The notes under the pieces are model-generated. The model was not told the origin of the DNA and did not search any database. It saw only the letters and a program-made list of their open reading frames with translations. 64,000 nt of DNA, from contig CM052818.1 of the NCBI GenBank assembly GCA_028534125.1, forward strand, positions 20,090,001 to 20,154,000. Direction: 5' to 3'. Every line of letters starts with the position of its first letter. Position 1 is the stretch's first letter. Both the position numbers and the translations under genes were made by a program. Positions 1-14,109 of this stretch are shown here, piece by piece. Source of the stretch: Lama glama. Lineage: Eukaryota.

Positions 1-1277
1 TCTCCCCATTCTGCCACTTGGTTAATTTTTCTAAATGTAGCTCCAGTCAGATTAGCCTACACCTGCTTAAACATTTCCAATAGCTCCCCTCTGTCTACAG
101 GATGAAGTTCGAGGGCCAGATACCCGGCCTTCAAAGCCTTCCACAATCAGTCTCACAGCCTTATCTTCCTCTGGCCGCTCACACTAACCCTTTGCTTACA
201 GATCATGAGTCCACTCAGGTCGGCACCTTCAAGGAGGCTTTGCTGATTCACTGAGTTTGATCCCAAGTCCTCAATACAGGGACCAAGGGACCTAAAGTTC
301 TACTCAGATCAATAGAGCACAGTTATGCTGAATCATGGCTCTCGAAAGCTGGAAGGTCCTAGACTCTGCCTGGTCCAATACTGTCAATTTGAAATCAAAG
401 ACTCCAAGGAACAGAGAAATGAAGTGACCTGGTTCGGGTCACATGGGCCGACTGAGACTAGGGTCAGAGGTTAAGCTGAGACTGAGAATTTAAGGGCCAA
501 GTGGTTTCCAAAGTAGAGAAGAAATCAGACATTTTGATTTTCTCAGGCTTTCAGAACCTGTTTTAGAAAAGGATTTGGAAAGTCTGGTAGCCTCTTCCTC
601 TTGGAACCAAGTAAGACTTTCTCGGTAGCAGAGAAGCTGCAGAGCAGCCCACAGAGGGCTCCTCAGCCCGTGTGCTCCTGGGGCTGGGCTCACGGGGCCT
701 TCAGGGATGGGGCAGAGGGGCTGGGGAGGAGGTGCTGGCGGGGGTGGGGCAGGTGGCTGTAACCCTGCATTTCGCAGTCTCAGTCTGTACCAAGGGTAGA
801 AGTGGGCTAATGAAGTGTCTGCTTCTGAAGTGTGTGTGGTAGTAACAGCAAAACCTTGCAGGCTTAGTAGCACTGCCCCTGTTACTCAGGTTGGATAAGC
901 ACACACACCACGGCAGTGACAAGTGAGAGGTGGTAAAGGGGTGTCTAGACTTGGGCTGAATCTGCCCAGGACAGAGACTGACTCTCAAGTTCAGAAGGGA
1001 CCTGGAAAATCACTGAGCCCTGCTTCACTGCAAAGCTTCAGTCTGCGTAATAATATCTCTATTTGTGCCTTTGCTTGAATGTCCCCAGTTACAGGCGATG
1101 AAGCAGCGGCTTTGACTGTCATTGCAAAGTGCCTTCTGCGTGTCCCCAACCACTGGCATCTGCTGGGTGCCCCACAGGTAGGGTGCAGTGCATGAGACCT
1201 TTTAACTCTCTTCTCTGCCAAAAACTACCTGTTCCTATTTCTTATCACCAAGGACCCAGATTCATTCCTTGGTACTA

Positions 1278-1790
1278 GGGTAGCTAGTCTCCAAAGGTGG
1301 CCCCAGTGAGCCACATCTAGCATTCATGGCCGTGCATAGTTCCCTCCCACACTGAGCGGGGCTGACTTGTAACTCACTTTAACAAGAGAATGGGGCAGAG
1401 TGGTGCTGGTGCCGTTTTAGGACTAAGCCTTTGGAAGGCCTGGCAACTTCTACTTCTGTACTTTCTGGGAGACCTGAGCCTCCAAGTCAGAAGTCTGGCT
1501 CCCACACAGAGAGGGAGAAGCTCTGAGACCCCATGGAACGAGAGAGGGGTCCAGCTGTGACAGCATCCCAGCTGAGCCCCAACCTCCAGCTCCTGGCCAC
1601 TAGGGGTCCCAGAGGTGTGGGGGAGCCATCTAGTCATCCCACCAAGTCCAACCCCGAGATGATGGCAGCCCAGCTGCCATCACATGGAGCAAAAGACCAT
1701 CCACAGAACCCACAGAATCATGAGAGTTAATAAAATGATTGCTTAAGCCACTATGTTTGGGGTGGTCTCTTACACAACTATCACACGGAC
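1278..1790 (+). mobile_element. Solo LTR, ERVL-MaLR (MLT1G/H-like)
   Basis: Start '...ccaaaggtggccccagtgagccac' and end 'aataaaatgattgcttaagccactatgtttggggtggt...cttacacaa' resemble MLT1 LTRs. Subfamily from memory. Confidence 0.8.
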
Positions 1791-2050
1791 AACCACAACA
1801 CTTCCCATGAACACTCTGGCACAGATGAGCTGACTGGTTTGCGTGGCATCACCTGGCAGAGATGCAGCACTCAGGTGATGAAACCTCCTGGAGGCAGTGT
1901 CCTAACCCAAGGGCGTGCCCTAGGAGTATGCTGTCAGGCACCAGGAAGAGCCAGCATGAGGCAGTCCTGAGCATGGGGCCTTCCGGTGCCTGCAGTCTCA
2001 TCTCACAGGCTCTGCCGGGTGTTTTAAGGATGTCAGTTTTTTCTCAATCA

Positions 2051-2260
<210 letters not shown>

Positions 2261-2570
2261 TCATTAGCCCTGACACTGAAGAAGTCTCCAAGAGGAAGCT
2301 GGGCCCCTTCCAGATTTGGAAATGGGGAGGAGACTGTCATATTCCAGTCTGCAGGTCTGCAGACATACAGGTGTAATAGAGTTCATGACTGACATCATTC
2401 ACATGGGTGGGCCTGTTCACCTGGTTGGCAGAGCCGTCCACCAGAACAGCCATCAGCAATGCCAACCCCAATGCCAGGGGCTGAAAGTGTGTTCCTGAGA
2501 TTTGCACCTTCAGATCAGAGAGGAGCAGGGGGGGCACATGCAGAGAGAGAAGTCAGGAGGGATGTGATCA

Positions 2571-2870
<300 letters not shown>

Positions 2871-3094
2871 TCAGAGGCATGACGTGAACTTTCCTGGAAA
2901 AGCACACTGCCCATAATGTAAGTGTCTCCCACACACTCGAGCAGCAGGCATCTGATGAGCACCAGGGCACAGAGGACACCCTGCTGGGGGCTTTGTGGGC
3001 ACATGGCTGTGGTGGTGCCAGGGGCGAGGGTGGCGGCAGCAGTCACAGACATAGCAGCAGTTATAGCAGTAGTGGGGACAATGATTTTTGCTAA

Positions 3095-3297
3095 TGTGCA
3101 CTGAGCAATGACAACATATCAAGTACTGCACTGAGCATGCTGTGTAATCTTCAAAACACCTGCAACATGGGTACTATTCTTTGCCTCATCTGACAGATGA
3201 GGCTTACAGAGGTTAAGTAATTTATCCATGGTTATAAAGGCTGCAGCTAGTGGACTCGGGCAGCTGAATCCAGAAGCCACACTCCTAACCATTTATA
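3095..3297 (-). mobile_element. MIR SINE
   Basis: MIR core in reverse: 'acagatgagg...cagaggttaagtaatttatccatggt'. Confidence 0.7.
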
Positions 3298-3465
3298 GGC
3301 TTTGGAGTCAAGTAAACACAGATTCTGTTCCCCCCATTAGGCTATGACTCTGAGGAAGTAACAACCTCTCTGAACATCAGTTTCCCACCAGCTAACTGGA
3401 GATAATAATTTCTATCTCTTTGAGTTGTCAGGATTAAGTTAGCATGTAAAATGCTTAAAACGTAC
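3298..3465 (+). mobile_element. MIR SINE
   Basis: 'ggctttggagtca...aacctctctgaacatcagtttcc...ggagataataat...gttgtcaggattaa...atgtaaaatgctta'. Confidence 0.75.
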
Positions 3466-4961
3466 CAATCATTGTGAATTCTTTCCCCCTTCTGCTCCCT
3501 CCACGACACTGTCACTGCCGTCAAATCGCTCCTAACCTAGCTGGGGGATGTGTAGCACACAGAGATGCAAATCTAGGTAAAAGTTCCCGGGTGACAGACC
3601 TGGGCGCCCAAAAAGAATGTAGACAGTTAAGTGCTGAAGGGTTCCCAGGAAGAGGGGGTCACTTTGGTGTGGTCAGAGACAAGTGCTCAAAGAAGGGCTC
3701 TGGAAGAGACTCATGAAACAGGGATTTCACTCTGTTAAATGAAGGAAGGGCTTTCCGGAGCCCAGTGGGTTGGGCAGATACCAGAAAACATAGAGGTGGT
3801 AGAGCCTGGAGCAAGCTCCCTCTGGGGACTCTAGTTGAAGAGGAGGGTCCGTTTCCCACTCTCATCGATTGGCCTCATGAGGTGGTCCAGGTCCCAGAAA
3901 AGGAGCATCTCAGACCCTTGCTTTGGGGAGATTCATCCAGCAATGCATGCAAGACAGTCTGGAGAGAGTGAGGACCAGAGATGTGAAGCCACCTGAAGAG
4001 GCTACTGTGTTAGTGGCCGGCTGCAGAGGTGGTTGCTAGGGGCAACCTGGGAAAGCACCCGCCCCTCCAATCAACCACTTTGAGTAGCCCTGGCATATCG
4101 AGGACACCTCTGCTATCTGCAAAATTTAGACCCAGCTCTTGTCCCAGACAAACAAAGCTCTCAGGCCCCAGGCCCTTGTTTCTTAAGATCAGACCACAGA
4201 TTTTATTTCAGCCCTGTCTCTCCTACTGCATTATTTAACTCCAAACATACATTTACTTATAAAAATTTGTATTCATCCAGTACAAACATTAAGCCAAGTA
4301 TGCCTCCCTATTTTACAGAACAAGGGGATTAGAGAGTAATTTGTCACTTATAAAAGTTATATTCACTTAACTAAAAGGAGTCTTTCAAATGAGACTGTTC
4401 TAGGGAATGTAAAACGCAGTTGGATTTATGGGCCACTTGGCAAGGGGCACATGGATGCCATGAAACGAGGTTCAAGGGCCTTTCTGCAAGGGCACTGGAT
4501 TTGTTTAGTTCTCTTTTCTCTTTTCCCTTGAGCCCCTAAATTTAAGCTCTGGGTCATATGCTGTTATTCCTCAGGAAGAACAAATCCAAATTAGGAGATG
4601 TTCCTACCAAGGGGCTTCTGTGGCATCACTGGGGACTAGTCACCTTCAGGACACATGACTGGCAAAAAATGCCAGAGTCACAAACGCTGCCCAGGGACAG
4701 GCCAGCCTTTAGAGCCAAGAGTTGGGCTGTACAGTGTAGTGTCTTTGTGACTTCCCTCTGTTTTGCTAAAATGGTAGAACAAAATGAGGGAAATTCTTTC
4801 CCCTTCACACCCTGATTCAGGCAGCGAGAGCCTATGGGAGGGGAGGCTACCTGGGAATGACCCACACTTGATCCCTGCTAACTGATTGGTTAGCTGAACT
4901 GATGATAACGAACCAGAGTTCCTCATGCTCCCGGTTAACGCCTATATTTAAACAGGGGCTT

Positions 4962-5275
4962 CAGGAGACTTCAAACTGGAACATGCACCAGAGCCACTGA
5001 GGAGACTTGCTAAAACAAGGATTTCTGGGCCCAGTGCAAAATAAAAATGTGGGACCTCTTGTTGAAAAATTAAACCATGCCCAGGGCCCTTCTAAGTGCG
5101 GAAATCCCCATGGGACTCCATGGGTCACACACTCGTGAAGCCGGTCCTGGATGGGCCCTGGCCCACAGTTTGATTCAGTAGCTCTCAGGTTGGGAGGGAG
5201 CTGAGAAGCTGCTTTTCTAACAAGTTCCCAAGTGATGCGGATGCCGGTGGCTCTAGGACCCCTTGCAGAGAATCA
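4962..5275. mobile_element. MER5A (hAT-Charlie MITE) interrupted by a MER45A-like element
   Basis: MER5A-like halves 'tcaaactgg...gacttgctaaaac' and 'tgattcagtag...ttctaacaagttcccaagtgatgcggatgc' flank an insert. Confidence 0.75.
5026..5149. mobile_element. MER45A-like (hAT-Tip100) fragment nested in MER5A
   Basis: 'gggcccagtgcaaaataaaaatgtgggacctcttgttgaaaaat...gggcccttctaagtgcg...gaagccggtcctg' resembles MER45A. Confidence 0.7.
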
Positions 5276-8200
5276 TGGCCTGAACTCAAGTCCTACAAGT
5301 GACCCTAATACCAGGAAAATCAACCTATTTTGGCAGGTAGTGAACTATTTGGGGGGTGGGTGAGGAGCTGTAATCAACGCTGTTAAAAAATCACACCAGA
5401 TAGGTGAGCACCTCCTCCAGACAGTAAGGGCCCGCCCTGTGATTTCTGGCCTACTGAGATTTTTTTTTTCTCTTCAGTTTCTTTGATCTCAGTGGCAACA
5501 CTGACTTCAAAATCTGGAGACAACCCTATTTGGGTTAACTAGGTCCAGAGGAAATAGTTCTGCTTAAAATTTCCTGTTTTTAACAGTTCCAACACGGCCA
5601 AACTGGTCTCCATCCATGCCCAGTACCCTCGCTTCCAGGAGGTGGCGAAATTGGCCACAGCAGCTGGCCTCTGGGAGGGAGGGAGAGGGGCGCTTGGGGC
5701 CCACGAATGGAAACAGAACGTCTTGGAACTGAAGTCACAGTGTCTGGGGGACCAGGAAGTCAGCAGCCGCCCCTGGGGACCCTGGGACAGCAGGACCTCC
5801 TTCCTCTGTGGAACTGTTTGCTCCCACAGCACCTACTCATCCTTCTGGGGTTTCAGAAGGAACCTGGCAGCTCACTGTCCGATTGGAGCCGAGGGTTACA
5901 ACTGCGGGGCCCGAGGCGGCCCTCCACCTGAGGGGCCAGGGCTCAGGCACATCACCCCAGCTGAAAACGGCACTGCTTTTTCAGTCCTGCTGTTCCATGG
6001 GAACATCATGTCTTCTGACTGTACCATGAATCTCCAACTCAGTGCGAGGCACGTAGAAAACTCACTCACTACGTAGTTACACTCCTGCTATGTGTCTGCT
6101 GGGAACGGGGCTATCTGCCAACAAGTGTCACTTACTAGGTGCTCAGGCCTGTCCTAGGGAGACACAGGTGTAAAAGCAATCCTTTCCCTCCAGGAATCTA
6201 CGGACTGGTGGGGAAGATGCAGTTAAATCACAGTCAGGCTGCATAACAATCCAGGAGTCCAGGGTGCCGAATACAGAGGAGCCCGTAGTAGGTGCTGAGT
6301 AAGCCCCCAGTGGGGTCTCTAAATTGCCTGGGGTTCCAGGTCTCACCGACCTGCTCCCCAGGACCCTTCAGGGTCTGACCCCAAAGAAGAGGGGCGGGGC
6401 ACGCAGGTCAGAGGCACGCTGCTGAGATGAAGCGTGCTGGGCCGGGGAGCACAACAAGAGTCTTTAATGCTAAAAATAGCCCCGGTAAACAGGCTTTGAT
6501 GACTCCCCACAGCCAGGATATGCGCGGGCTGAGGTTTCGGAGCACTTTTTCCGGAGCACCGCTCATTTCCTTCAGGCAGCACCGCCCGTGAGGGGCGGGA
6601 CCCCGCGGGAAGCAGGAGCTGGGCGTCTGGGGTGAGCAGGCAGGGTGGCGGGGCAGAAGCTCCTGACCAGGCCTGAGACCAGACCAGCACAGGTGCTGCT
6701 GGTCTGAGTGCACTTTTTTTCCACTGGGGTTATCATTCCTGTTTCCTACTCTGAGAAGTCCCAAGACTGCTTTGACTGCTCTTTCAGCCACTCTGAGTGA
6801 TCTTCCTGGGGCAGCTGGGCTTGGGCAGGCCTTCACCACGTAGTCACCACTGAAGGGGCTTTCCTTTCACACCGATTCTTCCCCTCCAGCCCTCCCAGGC
6901 CTGTAGACCCATGACTGCTCCACCCTACCCCCAGTCCTGGTTGTGCTAACTGCAAAGAGGCCCCAGTCAAGCCACGAGGAAACTAATTTTGAATCACTTA
7001 CTGGATCCATAGCCACACCTTTCAACTCCACCATGACCAGGGAGTAGGCTTAGGCTGCCCTGACATTTTGGCAGAAGGCACTGTTTTATCTGACCCTGCT
7101 GGCCTCCCAAAGGGCTTTGAAAGTCCACCATTAGAAATTCATTCCTTTGTTCTGTACATAATTTATTATCCTATCTTACATCTCAGTATTACTCTTCATA
7201 AGATGCAGCACAGGGCTGGGGTCAGCACATACCTCCAGACTGACCAGACCGTTTTAGGTTAAAGGGAATGATCTGAACAAGGCCAGTATCTCTAGAAGAG
7301 ATTGTACGTTAGCTGCTCTCAGCCACTAACATCCCAGCAGGAATCAGCCTATCAGCTCTTCTCCAAATAGGACAGAAAAAGGCCTTGGTTTGGAGGGTAG
7401 GTGGGGCACAGTAAAAAAGCAGGGGTGAAAACCTGGGATTAGAATTCTGAAAGTGGGGCATCAGAAGGCACCGGAATAAATCACACCTGCCTCTGGTCCC
7501 ACTTTTCCTGCATGAAAAGGTCACGGTAAAACACTTTAAAACCACCTGTCTTCTTTTATGTCTTTCCCGTAGTGGTCTAGGGATCAGAAGTCACACTGTC
7601 TTATTAACACTGCTGTCTTCGCTATGCAAATGTATCAAATCAATAATAAACCTGACATTTCTTTTTAGAAACCTCACTTCACACTGACCTCTAGCTCTTG
7701 TGTAAAATGAATCTGATTTCTCCTTGTGCGGCTGTGGGGAAGCCAAAACTCAATTCTACAGTGAAAAGCCAATTTTGCATATTAACTGCGGGTTCACGCC
7801 CTCCAAATGCAGGAGTGACCCTCATCTGGTTACAGTTTGTGGGGCTCATCTTGAAAGAGGATTTAAGACAATCAAGCGGTATTTCCAATGATGTTCCCAT
7901 CAGAGTGTGTTCTGTTCTCGGCCCAGCGTGGAAGCTAATATCATAAAGCTATTGTTGCAGTTTGCTTCCTGTGATACAAATCTCAATCGGCCGCCCAGAC
8001 TCCCAGCCTGAATTTCTCAGCGTTGAGGTTTCCTCTCCAACATTCCCACACAGAACAGCCTACTGTGAAAATCAAAGGGAAACGTGTTACTAAGTAAAGA
8101 AGAAACTTTTCTAAAGCAAAACCTGGTCTTTTTTAGCCTTTTGAACTCTGAGGTATGCAACCAGCTATTTCCTATCATAAAGTGAGCCAATGTCGGCACT

Positions 8201-8409
8201 CACCTTTGTTAGAAACGCTTCAATAATGAATCTGTGGTTTGTTTGGACTTGGGAAAGCTAGGCAACTCTGCATTTTGCTAGAAATTGCTAGAAGGTGGGT
8301 AAGAGGACAGTAAGGGTCGACTGTGGGTTTTCTTTGACATCATTTCTCCAGAAGCTTATAATTATTATAAATCGATTTGCTTGTTCGTAGTAAGTTTTAT
8401 TTCTAAGCT

Positions 8410-8640
8410 ATAACTTATTGAGAGCATAATGTGTGTCAGGCAAGAGGATCAGGGCTTTTATATCCATTATCTCAGTCTTTGAACAGCAATACAAATACTG
8501 GTATCCCTTTTTGTGCAGATGAGAAAGTAAAGCTCAAAGGTAGTAAAGAGGTCTTCACAAGGCTGCAGGGAAGGCAGGCAGCCGGACAGAGGATTCTGGG
8601 CCGGTCCATCTGCCCACAAACCCTATACTTCTTTTTGTTG
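8410..8640 (-). mobile_element. MIR SINE
   Basis: 'ttattgagag...tgtgtcaggca...tatccctttt...cagatgagaaagtaaagctca'. Confidence 0.65.
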
Positions 8641-10849
8641 CACTGCATGTTTTAAAGAAGCAAACGTGATTTAAAAAGAACAAGATCCTGTCTCACATAG
8701 AATTCCTGAAAACAATTTCAACAACGGGTCTAAAGAATGTGTGGCAGGAGCCTGGAAGAGAGGGCACTGAATGCCTCCCCTCTCCGCCTCCCCCGGGCGA
8801 CGCGGGTTTTACGAGAACTGCTCCTTCAAGGACGCCAGGACCAGATAGCCAAATGCGGACACTTTTCATCCTTTCAGTCATTTCTTTCCTCTGGTCGGTC
8901 CAGGGCCAAGCCCAGCCAGAGGGCAGGCACTTGGTGTCCACGACTTGCAACAGCCCCTGTGAGGGCATGTGTGGTGTCTCACTGTGGCCACTCTGCTCCT
9001 ATCTCCCTGGGCGTGCCTGGCACATGAGGGTTCACACCAGCACACACGCAGGCAGATGTGCTCAGAGCCTCTGATATGTGCCCTAAGCCAACTCTGAAGC
9101 ACTGGGGATGACAGTTATGTGCAGAAGAGCACAGAAACCAACGCCGTGCACCAACAGCAAGGGGAGAAGCAATCACTGAGCGTGTGAAGCTCTCCCACAA
9201 ATGCCGCTATTGAAGGCTGGCCCCCATTCCTGTTTAACTTTGGTTCCTCTGGCAAGGGGGAACCCTTCTCTTCCCTCCACTCCAGCCCTCATTGACAACT
9301 TCACCTGACCAGGGTTACAGAATGCTCCTGCCCTCCATGTCCCTCCTTCCCATGGGTCAGGATTCAAAAGAACTTGAACTCTAGGTGCAATTCCTTATGT
9401 ATTAAATGTGTGATGCTGAGCAACCTTAAATTTTCTGTGCCTCACCTCCCATCATCTATGAAGAGAAAAGTCCTACAGGTGCAAATTCAAAGAGGTGTCC
9501 CAGCATTAACGTATTACTCCTTTTGGGGCTCTCTGTTGGTGGAGGAATAGCGGTAGTGGTGGTAGAAGGAAGCAATGATGAATCCAAAGGAATTAATGTC
9601 TAAGTAGAATTTCAAGGGAAGCTGAGGTGTTTCTGAGTGTGGGGAAGGGGTCTCTGTCTAGTCATCAAGTCCTCCAGTGCCTACTCTGTGCACATGTAAA
9701 GATGATTCCAACACTACTAAGACACTGCCCACACTTGTCCTAGAAGACAGTCTCTTTAAATGAAAGAGGCACACACATGCCCTGTGATGGCATCTCCAAG
9801 CCTTTCTTATACTTCAGCCCACGGTTCCCTCTTTCCGTAGCATCTATGACCACAAGTCGGCCATTGCCTTGCATTGTTTCTTTCAAAGTATTTATAGAGC
9901 ACGCCTTTGCCCTTGGTTCTGCCCCTTCTGCCTGCTCTTTTCTGAGACTCTTTAGATTTGTAGTCCAGGGTTAGGCCTCCAACACTGGGACCCACTGGGC
10001 TGTCATCCTATTTTCTGAACGTCTTTCCCCCATATCCTTCCTGTGCTCCAGGGCCCAGAATAGCACATGTCGCTCTGGCCTCTCCGCCTCACACTGGATT
10101 CCCTCTGCTCTGGGTTTCTTTCCCAGAATAGCCACTTCATAACAGGATGGCAGAATCAACCCGGCTCCGAGGCATGTGGCACACTCAGGAAAACTGAAAA
10201 CCCACCACAAAAAACCTTCCCCTGCCTGCCCTTCCCCCTCCGCCCACCTCGGACGCTGCCCACCTGCAGCGCCACAGCCAGCAGGGTCGGAGGGGCACTG
10301 CCTGTTGCCCAGTTCCCTCGTGGAACCGGCAGACTAGATCTGAAACTGGCAAACTCCCCAGGCCGCCTCTTCCTGGTCAGGACTAACAGGAAATGGTATT
10401 TTGAAGAAGGTGAACCCTGAGGGGCAGAAAAAGGGTTTGTGAACTTGAGACTTGCAGAGATAGCAAGGAAGGTGAGAATTAGTCAGTTCTGTGGGGAGAT
10501 CGTTATCTGCCAAGGGCTCCCCAGTGTGAACGAGTGTGGGGTCTGGGGCTTCACAGACGTTATCTCAGTTAATCCTCAAAGACACCCTGTGCAGCAGGTA
10601 TTTTAACCTGTTTTTAGGAATGAGGAAATGAAGAGCAGAGACACTGGATAATCTGCCTGGCTGACTGGCTGTAAGAGGGAGAAGTCTCACGAGCACACGG
10701 CCCTACTAGAGAAGGTGGCCGGCGGATAAGCACTAAGATGCCCACAAGGATGCACCCTGGACTGGAGTACGGCCTGACAGCCAGGGGCCCAGCCAGTGGG
10801 CAGCCAGCAAGAGCGGCCCTCGTTCTCCTCGCCCTCTCCGTCCTCCTTA

Positions 10850-11335
<486 letters not shown>

Positions 11336-12007
11336 CTATCACACCTCTGGTCAAGACAACCTCAGAGCCCCCTACCCACGACACAGCCAGCCCCTTCCAC
11401 TGAGCTGACTGGGCCCATGCCAGTCCCCTGAGCCACACAGAGTCTGCTTCAAATAGTCAACTCTGCCTTCGTGTGTATTGGGTCTTCTCCCCTTCCTGTA
11501 CGCCATGGTGTCCCAAGCAGGGCATCACCTGGGTGGAGTGTGCACAAGACTTGCTGAGTAAACTGATCAACTGGCAATGACCTGGACCTGGTCCTGGTTA
11601 TCTGGGACTGAGGTGAGTGCCCAGGGCTGGAGAGGGAAGGGCTGGGGAAGGGATGGCTGTGCCAAAGCCTCAGGATAACAAGGTGAAGAGCTCCTTCAAG
11701 GTTCTCTTTCTGGATAAAACACTCTCAGAAGCAACAAAGCCCAGTACTGGACCCTAGATCCCATTTTGTATCAGAGAGTGATTTCCACAGTAGAAATCGA
11801 TAATGCCCCTAGAGCCCAAGAACAGCACTCAGCCAGACACCTGTCAGTCTGGGGTCCCAAGGGCACACCCACCGAGGGTTAAAAAGGAGTAACATGAGCA
11901 CACTTCCTCCCTAACCCTGCCGGCACTGGCTGCCGGCCTGCCTCATGCTTAGTTTCCTCCTCTTTGCAGGACAGAGGTCTGGTCCACTTGTTTATATTAT
12001 TTTAAAT

Positions 12008-12155
12008 TGCTTAGCCTCGATTTTCTCATCTGTAAAATGGTAACATAGTACTTACCCCACAGAGTTAGTATGACAATTGAACATGATAATTTATGTAAAA
12101 TCTTTAGCGCCAGGCCTATCCCAATGGTAAGCAATCAATGTTAGCTAATATTAAT
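12008..12155 (+). mobile_element. MIR SINE
   Basis: 'gcctcgattttctcatctgtaaaatgg...tagtacttaccccacagagtt'. Confidence 0.75.
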
Positions 12156-12460
12156 AACAAATCTGTCCATTAAAGGTGATCATGAGAGTAAAAATGTTAC
12201 AAAAGAGCTCAGTACAATCCTATTTTCACAGAAATGTATTTTACATAACACCTCTTATACATGATCACGGGAAAAAGTCTAGAAATACAACAGCCTAGTA
12301 GTAACTATCATTCTTAGAGCTGTCACATATCTAGTGCCCGCTCTCTTCCAGGGACTGTTTTAAGCACCAGCTTCTTTGAGTCTCACAACTGCCCATGGGA
12401 GTAGTCGGTATTATCACCTTTAATTTACAGATGAGGAAATGGGTCCACAGAAGCGGAGTA

Positions 12461-12788
12461 CAGCAGCCCCCGCTTATCCACGGGGGATTCATTCCGAGAC
12501 GCCCAGCAGATGCCTGATACCGTGGAGAGTATGGAACCCTGCATATACCGTGCTTTTTCCTAGACAAATGGGCAGGCAGCGTACACGGCATGCACACGTG
12601 GGACAGAGGGGTGACTCATGTCCTGGGTGGGACAGCAGGAGATTTCATCACACTGCTCAGAATGGCATGTGACTTAAACCTCGTGAATTGTTTATTTCTA
12701 GAAGCTTCCATTAATATTTTCAGACTGGGATTGACTATGGGTCCCAGAAACCACAGAAGGTGAAACTGTGGATAAGGGGGGACTGCTG
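12461..12788. mobile_element. MER44-type (Tigger7, TcMar) MITE inserted in a MIR
   Basis: TIRs CAGCAGCCCCCGCTTATCCAC ... GTGGATAAGGGGGGACTGCTG, flanked by TA on both sides (12459-60 and 12789-90). Confidence 0.88.
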
Positions 12789-14109
12789 TAATTCATCTGC
12801 AGCCTCTCTGCAGGTAGATGGGGAAGCGGGGCTTTGCATCAGGCAGGTGGGCCCCACAATCCAGGCTCTTATCCATCAATGACTGTCCTGCCTCTCTGTC
12901 CTCAGAAATGTTAGCAGTTTCAGGTCAGTGAGGTTACGAGGAATTTTGTTTCCTTAGTGCTTATCTATATTTTCTTATGTTTCTATATATATTAAAAAAA
13001 CCTATATTGCTTGTTTAACAATCAAGTTTGTTTTTCATTTTTTTTTAAAAAAGTGTCCAATGCAGTTCATGGCTCTCAAGGCCTCACCCAACCAGCTCCA
13101 GCTTGCTCTGTCTGTCCTCCTTCCCAAGATTTCCAAAACCAAGGGCTGCTTCTCCTTTTGTTTGGTTTTGCACCCGGTTATGTGGACATAAAATCAGTAT
13201 TTTGTGATTCTCAGAATGTTGCCAGGCTGCCTCTCAAAATCCTCAAGATTTGGGGCAGAGGCACTATTTTGACTTTACAACATGATTCATTTTTTAAAAA
13301 AAGATGAACATCCAGCTCCATGGATGGATTAAGCATCATACGCTCAGGCTGCAGTAAGAACGTCCAGCTGCTGTGGATGGTCAAGAAGAACTTTCAGAGA
13401 AATTGTGAAATGGGTGAGACTGTTTTTCTTGTCCTATCTCCCTCTTCTGTTTCCTTGACCTAACTCCCGTTTCCTCCTCAGGGAGAGCCCTGACTTCCAG
13501 CTCTCAGAGCTCTCACCCTGGGCCCCACCCATCCCCATGCTCTCAGAACCTGCCCTCAGCATCCTTTTGCTCTTGCACCAGTTTACAGTGGTGGTTTGTG
13601 GATTAGTCCCTCCCCTCTACCTTTGAATCCTGACCTCTGATTGTGGCGCAAAAGCAGTTCAAGATTTGCAGGTTTCCTGGCTCGGGAAGGGAGCGTGGGA
13701 AGAGGCCAGGATGCTATAACTGTACCCATCAGGCCTGCATGTCATGAGAGCCAGGTAAAGGAGGCCGGGGTCCTTAGGACACTGGAGTCCACTCTCCAGC
13801 ACTAGCCCTCATGCTCCCCAACAGAAGGATCATCAACACATGACCGGCTGTTCGGGGCATCTAGAGAAGCCATGCTGGAGCACAGGCTGTGACACTGACA
13901 CCAATGTCTGCAGGCACAGCGCTCCCCTTAACCATCGCCCCTTCCTTTGAGTGGAAGAGCAGACAAGGCAGAGAGGAAGAGCCAGGAAGGGAAAAGGCCA
14001 TCTGGAGTTGGAACTCTGTCTGGCAATGGCCTTTGAGATTTGGTTCCCCTGGCCACACAAATGTCTCCTGACACCTATCTTTGTGCCTGCTGCAGCACCA
14101 AGACCTCAT

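Noticed and set aside
490..873. 127-aa ORF with a polyproline run
   Set aside because: Product of a G-rich low-complexity intronic tract, with no exon signals or homology I recognise.
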